Source: an uncultured Gammaproteobacteria bacterium (GTDB lineage Bacteria > Patescibacteriota > Patescibacteriia > Magasanikbacterales > GWA2-37-8). From it: 64,000 bases of DNA. Of the stretch, positions 56,694-64,000 are shown piece after piece (position 1 is the first letter of the stretch; each line of letters opens with the position of its first letter). The position numbers and the translations under genes were made by a program. Under the pieces are notes generated by a model. It worked only from the letters and a program-made list of their open reading frames with translations. It did no database searches and was not told the DNA's origin. Location: the NCBI GenBank assembly GCA_964596525.1, contig CAZQUL010000001.1, positions 140,830 to 204,829 on the forward strand, read 5' to 3'.

Positions 56694-57863
56694 TTAATTC
56701 GGAATTTTCCATTCATTGATAAGTTCGAGCAGTCGGTCGTCTTCGATCGCCCGTCGTGCATCACGCATGAGATTCAACATCACGGCTAGATTATGGATGC
56801 TCGCGAGACGCATTGCCGTCATTTCTTCGGCAACGAAGAGATGATGAATATAACTGCGCGTGTACCGTGTACAGGTAAAGCAGGTGCAATTCGCATCGAG
56901 TGCTGCAAGGTCGTTTTTGAATGCCGCGTTCTTGATGTTAAGTCGATGGCGACGTGACGGATCTTTGATATAGATCATGCCATGGCGCGCCAAACGGGTT
57001 GGCGCCACGCAATCAAACATGTCCGCACCATGACTCACCGCAATAAGGAGGTCATACGGATTTAAACCAAGACCCATGGTATAGCGCGGTCGGTTCGGGT
57101 CGAGGATCGGCACAACCCAATCCAGGATGTCGGCGGTTGCAGTCATGTTATAACCGATGGATTCGCCGCCGATCGCCAAACCGTCGAACGCGAGATTTGT
57201 AATAAAACGAGCGGACTCTTCGCGTAGCTCGCGGTGCGTACCACCCTGTACAATACCGAAGACGAATTGTTCGTAACCGTGATACTGACGATTAGCTTCG
57301 TGCGCGGCCAGAGATTGCACGGCCCAACGGTGCGTGCGCTCGAGCGCAGTGCGGGCATACGCGGTGGTCGCGTCGTCTGGCGTACATTCATCGAAAGCCA
57401 TGATGATGTCAGCGCCGAGCTTGTGTTGGATGTCGATGGCACTTTCCGGCGTGAAGCGTTTCATTGAGCCGTCGAGATGGCTTTTAAACGTGACGCCTTC
57501 ATCATCGATCGTGACGAGTTTGCCTTGGTCGCCCGTGCCAGCGCGTGCTTTTTGCAAACCCAAACTAAAAACCTGAAACCCACCACTGTCGGTAAGAAGC
57601 GCGCCGTTCCAGTTCATAAATTTGTGTAAGCCGCCCTGGCGACCGATAAGGTCTTCGCCGGGACGCAGGTGCAGGTGGTAGGTATTAGCCAACATAATCT
57701 CGGCACCAAGTGTTTTCATGTCATCTTGGTCGAGCGTTTTTACGCCGGCTTGCGTGCCAACCGGCATGAAACACGGCGTTTCGATGGTGCCATGCGCAGT
57801 CGTTAAACGACCGCGGCGGGCCGGAGTGTGAGGGTCTTGCTTGAGAATCGTGAACAAAGACAT
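56694..57863 (-). CDS. tgt: tRNA-guanine transglycosylase
   Basis: FMPVGT, NTYHL, DSGGFQVFSL, DEC, IVQGG, DMFDCV.PTR, CTC..C..H Zn site. Confidence 0.96.
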   Translation of the reverse strand: MSLFTILKQDPHTPARRGRLTTAHGTIETPCFMPVGTQAGVKTLDQDDMKTLGAEIMLANTYHLHLRPGEDLIGRQGGLHKFMNWNGALLTDSGGFQVFSLGLQKARAGTGDQGKLVTIDDEGVTFKSHLDGSMKRFTPESAIDIQHKLGADIIMAFDECTPDDATTAYARTALERTHRWAVQSLAAHEANRQYHGYEQFVFGIVQGGTHRELREESARFITNLAFDGLAIGGESIGYNMTATADILDWVVPILDPNRPRYTMGLGLNPYDLLIAVSHGADMFDCVAPTRLARHGMIYIKDPSRRHRLNIKNAAFKNDLAALDANCTCFTCTRYTRSYIHHLFVAEEMTAMRLASIHNLAVMLNLMRDARRAIEDDRLLELINEWKIPN

Positions 57864-57874
57864 AGATGCAATTC

Positions 57875-58014
57875 GTCATTGCGAGGAATAATGACGAAGA
57901 CCGTCCGCCATGGCAGCACGGCGTGCCGGGCGGGCAATCCCCTTGATAGCTGAGTGGGTTCTGAAGTACAGAGGGATTGCTTCGTCAGTCGTCTGACTCC
58001 TTCCTCGCAATGAC
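57875..58014. repeat. palindromic MITE/REP-like element, copy 3 (with insert, inverted relative to copy 1)
   Basis: Reverse complement aligns with 44776-44919 in both arms and in the insert. Confidence 0.85.
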
Positions 58015-58033
58015 ATTTGTATGATCGTTAACT

Positions 58034-59062
58034 TTATAAAAATCTTGATTTGACCCTCCGCACTAAACGCAGCAGCCGATATGTCAGCGCACGCGGCAGT
58101 GAGAAAATAATTTCATACGTACCGGGAAACACGCGGATATCACCTTCGAAACCGAGTTTGAAGCGCGTGTATCCAGCTTTTGAACTGCGCTCATCATACC
58201 GATAATCCGCCACGGAGAGCACTCTTGTTTTCGGTGATCGCGGACCGAGCGGCTCGGCGATACCGAAAAAGTCATACAGCGCACAACCATACGCGCGAGC
58301 CCGCAGTAGTGCCTGCCACTGTACCAGGTGCGGTGCCATGAGTTGGCGGAAGTGGTAGCGCGAGGCGCCGTAGAGATAGGTATACGTTGCGGGCGTTTTC
58401 CAGAACACAGCGCTTGCGATGGGCTGGCCATCATGCCAGGCAGTCGCTTGTTCGGCGGACGATGCAGCTAAGACCGCCTGGTAATGAGCGCGGGGATGAA
58501 GGCGAAATCCATCACGGTTACCTGTTTCCTGGCTGATACTCCAAAATAATTCTTCGTTCTTTTCCCAGGTTATCGTGACTCCCTTGCGTTCTGCGAGGCG
58601 AATGTTGTAGCGCGTCTTGGGATGAAACCGAGCAAGCAACTCTTCGGGGCTGGTGAGGGGCACGGTGATGGTTGTCGCTGGCTGAACCATCGTTACAGAC
58701 TGCATTTTGATGCCCCTAGGCACCGTCCGCGGCTCGACACGCCACAAAAAACTTGAACGACTAATATAGGTGCGCAATGACGACCATGCCTCATTATTTT
58801 CTCCATCTGACAGTGAAGAAGCAAAAACCGGTCCGTAGGGCGAATAGGCATACGTCCCCAACGGAGTGTCGTGATATGTCACAAGCGTTTGAGCGGTCCG
58901 CTTACCATTAGTTTCCACCACCAAACACTCGAGACGCTCACCCTCGCTCACAAGCACACGAACCCACTCACTCGTCTGCGTGAGCGGCAAGAGATCGCCC
59001 GCGTACTGGGTAAAATCGTCCCACATTGCATCATCTTCAATCCGAACCGAGCGTACCTCCAT
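58034..59062 (-). CDS. FemAB/FemX family peptidoglycan bridge peptidyltransferase
   Basis: YSPYGP, KTRYNIRLAERKGV, YLYGAS, YDFFG, FKLGF. Confidence 0.92.
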   Translation of the reverse strand: MEVRSVRIEDDAMWDDFTQYAGDLLPLTQTSEWVRVLVSEGERLECLVVETNGKRTAQTLVTYHDTPLGTYAYSPYGPVFASSLSDGENNEAWSSLRTYISRSSFLWRVEPRTVPRGIKMQSVTMVQPATTITVPLTSPEELLARFHPKTRYNIRLAERKGVTITWEKNEELFWSISQETGNRDGFRLHPRAHYQAVLAASSAEQATAWHDGQPIASAVFWKTPATYTYLYGASRYHFRQLMAPHLVQWQALLRARAYGCALYDFFGIAEPLGPRSPKTRVLSVADYRYDERSSKAGYTRFKLGFEGDIRVFPGTYEIIFSLPRALTYRLLRLVRRVKSRFL

Positions 59063-59063
59063 A

Positions 59064-61949
59064 CTATTCGGTTACACGCACACTGAGCTCCTGTTCGGTT
59101 ACAAGACCGCCATCAGTCATGGTTTCGGCGATGAGTGTTGAATCGCCCGGGCCTGGACTATGGTTCCAAGTGAAGATGAGATTGTTGTTGAAGAGTTTCT
59201 CATCAGGCAAGAAGGTATAGATAAGTTTTTTCTCCTGACCTGGGGCAACAAGGTAGATATTAACGGTTTTAATATCATCGAAACGGAAAGGCGTGAGGTA
59301 CATGGCACGTGGAAAATCGGAGTTCTTAAGGGTTACAGTGTTCCCCCCGAACCATGACACGGACGGCGGATCGAGTTCGACATCGAGCGTGAAGGGAACT
59401 TCTTTCTGAACATAGTTGCCCAGATCGTCCATGGCAACCACGGTAAGCACGTGCTGGCCCCGGCTCAGATCGCGCGCGTAGTAATTGAAGGAAAACGGCG
59501 CGTTGTAGCTTGTGCCGACCAACAAGCCATCGATACGGTATTCAACACGAGACACGCCGCGCGGCGCGGCTGCGTTTACTTGAAAATTAAGGGCGCGCGC
59601 CGTGAACGTCTGGTATGCGGTCGGGCTTACAACGTCTACCGAGGGGATGAGCGCCGGATCCTGCGGCATATCCACTTCGGAGGGCGGATCGGTAAGAACA
59701 ATGGTTTCGCCCGCAGTCTGACGACGCACTACCCATTCCTGAAGGTACTTTTCCCAGTTTTCATACTGCGGATCAGCGGTCGGATCGGCAGGTGCTGGAC
59801 CGCGGGGATCGGTACGCACTACATAATGCAAAATATCATGCGGCGGCAGATAGGTACGCTCTTCTACAAGATGTGCCGGCGTGGTGGAGGCGGCAATGCG
59901 GCCGGTAAGGGTGTTAATTTTGAGCTTGATACCCCGATCAGCACCGCGCAGCACGGGTTTATCGGGCGGCGTCGTGGTAGCAGGTACCGCGAATTTCTCA
60001 ACCGGCGTACCCGAAACCGCCTGGCGCATGAATTGATTCCAGATAAGGCCAGCAAGTTTTTCACCGCCTTGGCCAGCTTTCATGGGGGTGTAGTCGGTAT
60101 TACCCACCCATACACCGGCCGCGAGCGAGGGTACGTAGCCGAGCGTCCAAGCATCGCGGTAGTTTTGCGTGGTACCGGTTTTGGCAGCAGCCGGACGATC
60201 TGGGAGCACCAAATTATTTTTGGCACCAAAAATGTAGGCGCGGGCATTATTGTCGGCCAAAACGTTGGTGATGGTCGTAGCTAATTCTTCGCTCACTGCC
60301 TCGGTGGGTTCGCCGGCACGCCATTCATAGAGCTTTTCACCTTGATCGTTTTCGACGCTCAAGATGCTCGTTGGCGGCAGGCGTTTGCCGCCGTTAGCAA
60401 GCGCAGCATAGGCAGCTGTGTGCTCAAGCGGACTTACCACACCGCCGCCAAGCACCAAACTCAAACCCAAATCACCGTTGAATGTGGTGTAGCCGAACCG
60501 TTTGGCAAAGTCGATGGTTTCTTCGTAGCCGACAAGATACATCGCTTTGACGGCCGGAATGTTGAGCGAACCTTGGAGGGCAGACCGGAACGTGATGAGA
60601 CCGTACTCGCGGCCGTTGGCATTGCGCGGAGCGAACGGCCGGCGGCCTGTGAGGTCAAACTCAGTACGCACGTCATAAACTACCGTTTCGGGTGTATAAC
60701 CTTTTTCAAATGCTGCAAGATAAACGAACGGCTTGAATGATGAACCAGGCTGGCGCTGGCCCTGGGCGATGACGTTGTACTGACCGTCGATTTCTTTGTT
60801 ATAAAAGTCGCGCGAACCGACCATGGCGAGGACTTCGCCGGTTTTGGGGTCAAGGGCAACGAGCGCGGCATTGTTGGCATTCGATTCTTTCGCGAATTTA
60901 TCACCGTTTTCTTTAACGATCGCTTCGGCAGCGATTTGCTTGTCGTAATCGAGCGTGGTCACGACTTTGAAGCCGCTCGTATCAACAACGCGTTCGCCAT
61001 ACTGCTCATCAAGAAGGCCTTTCACGTACAAGACAAAATGCTGCGCATGCGGAATGCCTTGAGCTTTTTCGAAGACCAGCGGCTCGGCCTGGGCCGCGGT
61101 TTTTTGTTCTTGGGTAATAAAGTTCTGTTCAGCCATGAGATAGAGCACCAAGTTGCGACGCTCTTTGTGCGCTTCCGGGTTGCGCAGGTAGTAGCTCGGC
61201 TGCTTGAGCATGGCCGCAAGGGTAGCTGATTCGGCGATCGTCAAATCTGCGGCCGACTTATTGAAGTAACTGCGCGACGCCGCTTCGATGCCGTAGTTGG
61301 TGGAGCCATACGAAATCTCGTTGAGATACATGGTAAGGATCTGGTCTTTGGTGTAATGGCGCTCGAGCTGAACAGCCAGAATGGCTTCTTTGATTTTGCG
61401 GAAATAACCAGCGAAACCGCGACTCTCGTTGCCGACCAGCGCATTCTTGATGAGCTGCTGAGTAAGCGTAGAGGCGCCGCCCGAACCAGCACGGTGCCAG
61501 CCCAAACGACCCAAAATGTTATTAAACCCGGCACGAAGGATACTAGGCACGCGCACGCCGCCATGCTCGTAAAATAATTTGTCTTCTACGGCAATAGTTG
61601 CCTGCACCGCCGAAGTGGCCATGCGGTCGAGCGGAATGATAGTCCGTTTCTGATCGCCGTAGGTTTCGTACAAAAGATGCGTGCCGGTGCGGTCGTAAAT
61701 TTTGGTGCTTTGCGCTACTTGACGCGTAGAAAGCTGTTCAAGCGATAAGCCGTCGCGGGTGACAAGGAGGACAATGGTAACGCCAGCTACAATCATGACA
61801 ACAAAACCGCCAACAAGAGTCCATAAGATCTCACGGCGATGGGTACCGAAGAATCGCCGCACGCGGTACCACACCTTGCGCCAGCCTTCACGGGGCGCCG
61901 GCGGGGTGACCTGGGTCCGAGGGCGGGAAAAACGCCAGTTTCTGGTCAT
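59064..61949 (-). CDS. class A penicillin-binding protein (PBP1A-like) with C-terminal Ig domain
   Basis: EDKLFYEH, GASTLTQQL, RKIKE, PGSSFK (SxxK), SLN, KTGT. Confidence 0.95.
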   Translation of the reverse strand: MTRNWRFSRPRTQVTPPAPREGWRKVWYRVRRFFGTHRREILWTLVGGFVVMIVAGVTIVLLVTRDGLSLEQLSTRQVAQSTKIYDRTGTHLLYETYGDQKRTIIPLDRMATSAVQATIAVEDKLFYEHGGVRVPSILRAGFNNILGRLGWHRAGSGGASTLTQQLIKNALVGNESRGFAGYFRKIKEAILAVQLERHYTKDQILTMYLNEISYGSTNYGIEAASRSYFNKSAADLTIAESATLAAMLKQPSYYLRNPEAHKERRNLVLYLMAEQNFITQEQKTAAQAEPLVFEKAQGIPHAQHFVLYVKGLLDEQYGERVVDTSGFKVVTTLDYDKQIAAEAIVKENGDKFAKESNANNAALVALDPKTGEVLAMVGSRDFYNKEIDGQYNVIAQGQRQPGSSFKPFVYLAAFEKGYTPETVVYDVRTEFDLTGRRPFAPRNANGREYGLITFRSALQGSLNIPAVKAMYLVGYEETIDFAKRFGYTTFNGDLGLSLVLGGGVVSPLEHTAAYAALANGGKRLPPTSILSVENDQGEKLYEWRAGEPTEAVSEELATTITNVLADNNARAYIFGAKNNLVLPDRPAAAKTGTTQNYRDAWTLGYVPSLAAGVWVGNTDYTPMKAGQGGEKLAGLIWNQFMRQAVSGTPVEKFAVPATTTPPDKPVLRGADRGIKLKINTLTGRIAASTTPAHLVEERTYLPPHDILHYVVRTDPRGPAPADPTADPQYENWEKYLQEWVVRRQTAGETIVLTDPPSEVDMPQDPALIPSVDVVSPTAYQTFTARALNFQVNAAAPRGVSRVEYRIDGLLVGTSYNAPFSFNYYARDLSRGQHVLTVVAMDDLGNYVQKEVPFTLDVELDPPSVSWFGGNTVTLKNSDFPRAMYLTPFRFDDIKTVNIYLVAPGQEKKLIYTFLPDEKLFNNNLIFTWNHSPGPGDSTLIAETMTDGGLVTEQELSVRVTE

Positions 61950-62120
61950 ACGATAAAATGCTTTTTTGGCTAATTATAAAGAAAAAAGAAGATTGTACGA
62001 GGCTGTTTCCCTTGACAAAAACCTCGTTTTCTGGTATCATTTCGTGTTACGCTCAGTCGGCTTGGATACCTTAGAGGTATCCTTTTGGTTTTTTAAAGGG
62101 GCGTACATAACCCCTTCGCT

Positions 62121-62720
62121 ATGAACCATTGTATCACGTTATTCCTTACCACGGTTTCGCAACGCATCGCCTGCAGTATCATGACGCTCGGCTTGGCCGG
62201 AGGGCTCGTTATACCCCTTACCCCGGCGACCACCTCGGTACCTGTAGAACCCGCTGTTTTAGCCACATCTACAGTAGAAACGACGTTATCGGAAACTACT
62301 GAAGGCCGCCTCTTCTTTCCTGATGTTGTCATACCGGACCGAAAAGTCAAGGCAACCCTGACTGCTTATTCCAGCACCCCGGACCAGACCGATTCCGACC
62401 CGTTTACGGCCGCTTCGGGCAAACGAGTGTTCGATGGCATGATCGCCGCCAACGGCTTGCCGTTTGGCACTAAGATCAAAATTCCGGAACTCTTCGGCGA
62501 CAAGGTCTTCGTCGTTGAAGACCGCATGAACGCTCGCTACGGTTTTGGCCGTTTCGACATCTGGATGGATGCGCCGCGCCACGTAGTTAATGCCTTTGGC
62601 GTAAAACGCGCGACCGTCGAAATTTATTACCCAGGCTCTAAAGCCACTGCCAAAGCTCTTGCCGCGGCCCGTACTCGTACCACGAGCACGGTCGCTCAGA
62701 AAGACTTGGCTCGCAAATAA
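62121..62720 (+). CDS. 3D-domain protein
   Basis: TAYSS..QTD..PF..ASG, AANGLPFGT, VEDRM, DIW; promoter TTGACA-17-TATCAT at 62012-62040. Confidence 0.88.
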   Translation: MNHCITLFLTTVSQRIACSIMTLGLAGGLVIPLTPATTSVPVEPAVLATSTVETTLSETTEGRLFFPDVVIPDRKVKATLTAYSSTPDQTDSDPFTAASGKRVFDGMIAANGLPFGTKIKIPELFGDKVFVVEDRMNARYGFGRFDIWMDAPRHVVNAFGVKRATVEIYYPGSKATAKALAAARTRTTSTVAQKDLARK

Positions 62721-62803
62721 CATCTTCGCAAGCACAACCGCCCTGCACCCGCAGGGCGGTTGTGGTAGTAAGCGTACGGCGCGGTTATTTCTCACTTGTT
62801 ATC

Positions 62804-62832
62804 TTGACAAACGCTCTCTGCCGTGGTATAAA
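62804..62832 (+). promoter_or_regulatory. sigma70-like promoter
   Basis: TTGACA-17-TATAAA. Confidence 0.7.
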
Positions 62833-62874
62833 GTGCGGTCGTTCTTTCACCGCACGTAACCCCGGAGGCACGCC

Positions 62875-63222
62875 ATGCTTGAGATATTCGGCATGTTCGC
62901 GCGTGCCATCTGGTGGCACGCAGAACATATTTTCAGCGTACAGGTTATCGTTCCACTAGCGCCAGCTACGACAATGCCCGCGACGGAACGGCTTCCTTGC
63001 AGCACACACCGTGGCAAACCCCGCGGCCACAACTGGCCGCCAAAAACCGGCTGCGGGCGCGCCAGGAAAGAAACGCCGACCGTCACGAGGTCGCTTCCCG
63101 AGCGGAAGAACTATCGTGGAGAAGATCAGCTTCCTGATCTGACCCAACAGATCCTTAGCACAAAGGATTCAAACATCGTGCCCGCTCAACGTCGGAAACG
63201 GAGAGAAGGAGACGCTCATTAA
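62875..63222 (+). CDS. hypothetical protein
   Basis: ggagg RBS downstream of the promoter; no recognisable domain. Confidence 0.45.
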   Translation: MLEIFGMFARAIWWHAEHIFSVQVIVPLAPATTMPATERLPCSTHRGKPRGHNWPPKTGCGRARKETPTVTRSLPERKNYRGEDQLPDLTQQILSTKDSNIVPAQRRKRREGDAH

Positions 63223-63232
63223 ACACGTCTAT

Positions 63233-63649
63233 GGCGGTATAACCCGCCCGCTGTCGAGCTGACAGCGTAATCCACCCACTGTTGGAAAGGGGGGGTATTG
63301 AGGATGTATTGCATCTTCGTCAATTGGTTTGGCCTTAAACCGGTCAGCGGTCGGGCCTTAAGGGGAGGCTAGAGACCCTACGTGAGGGGTGAATCTCCTG
63401 ACCGCCGCGGATCCTTGTCCGCGTACAAAGATCGCGTCGCGAACGATCCGAACAATCCGTGGGCGAGAGTTAAAGGATTGTTTGATGCAAGGTAGGCACC
63501 TCGATGGCTAAGAAGCAGGCGGGGAAACCCTTAAACATCCTGCGGAGCATCAATCGAGACGTGCGACAAGCGACAACTCTTTGCCCGAGCGGATTTCATC
63601 CGCATCGGGCATAACTAAAAACAGCTTTCTTACGGAAGGCTGTTTTTAG
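63233..63649 (+). ncRNA. candidate large structured ncRNA / structured 3' region
   Basis: No ORF of 60 aa or more lies within it; about 10 consecutive hairpins ending in terminator ctaaaaacagctttc..gaaggctgtttttag. Confidence 0.5.
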
Positions 63650-63665
63650 TTTTGAATACTTTGGA

Positions 63666-64000
63666 TTATGCCGCGTTTTTGGGGGTCTCGGGCGGAGTAT
63701 CTTTTTTCTTGACCTCCGTCGTTTCGGAGGACTCGCTCTCCTCCATTGATTCGAGCGGGCGGGTGCCATGTTCTTCTTGGTAACGATCCTGGTTGGCAAG
63801 ACCCAAGATGAGTTGGCGCAGGCGCTGCGGATCTTTTACATTGTGCGCCTGGAATTTGGTGACAGCGGAAGCGTTTTGGATCAGTAAATTGCCGTAGTTG
63901 AAAAATGAAGCGACCATGCCTTTTATTTCGGTCGTGATATCTTGCACCTGGTACATATCCATCTCGGAAACGGTGCGCGCGAACAACGTGTGCTGCTCCA
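63666..64000 (-). CDS. PH-domain (bPH) protein, 5' end outside window
   Basis: EQHTLFARTVSE..VQDIT.EIKG..FFNYGNLLIQNA. Confidence 0.8.
   Translation of the reverse strand, partial: EQHTLFARTVSEMDMYQVQDITTEIKGMVASFFNYGNLLIQNASAVTKFQAHNVKDPQRLRQLILGLANQDRYQEEHGTRPLESMEESESSETTEVKKKDTPPETPKNAA

Noticed and set aside
63233-63649. RNase P RNA, tmRNA or group I/II intron
   Set aside because: No GAGGAAAGUCC or tRNA-like ends on either strand, no domain V, and no convincing P7 pair.
1-64000. CRISPR array, IS transposase or integron attC array
   Set aside because: No regularly spaced direct repeats and no transposase or integrase ORF; intergenic hairpins look like terminators.

Overview
64-kb chromosomal segment of a bacterium that looks like a Patescibacteria/CPR member. 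This is inferred from secreted proteins ending in peptidoglycan-binding domains, a lamin-tail protein, two TrmB regulators, FemAB plus a long PBP1, and salvage-type nucleotide genes. Genetic code 11 fits. No CRISPR array, rRNA, transposase or phage structural gene was seen, and there is one tRNA-Ser(UGA). The window mixes housekeeping genes (greA, comM, tgt, PBP1, femAB, nfi, tag) with many orphan genes that each carry their own TTGAC-17-TA promoter, GGAG RBS and terminator. The most notable observation is at 27.4-29.3 kb. A 336-aa adenylosuccinate-synthetase homolog carries the signatures of phage PurZ/PurZ0 (2-aminoadenine, 'Z base', synthesis) rather than PurA. It is translationally coupled to a Ham1/RdgB-fold NTP pyrophosphatase whose inosine-recognition residues are replaced, and it is preceded by a structured leader and an unannotated 28-aa Cys-rich peptide, all in a non-phage context. 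Other highlights are an ORF-free, hairpin-dense ~400-nt RNA candidate at 63.2-63.65 kb, a tandem triplet of unknown paralogs, a myxobacteria-style Cys-rich secreted protein, a NUDIX-prs-apt module, and three palindromic MITE-like repeats. All family calls come from motif recognition by eye; no database searches were run.
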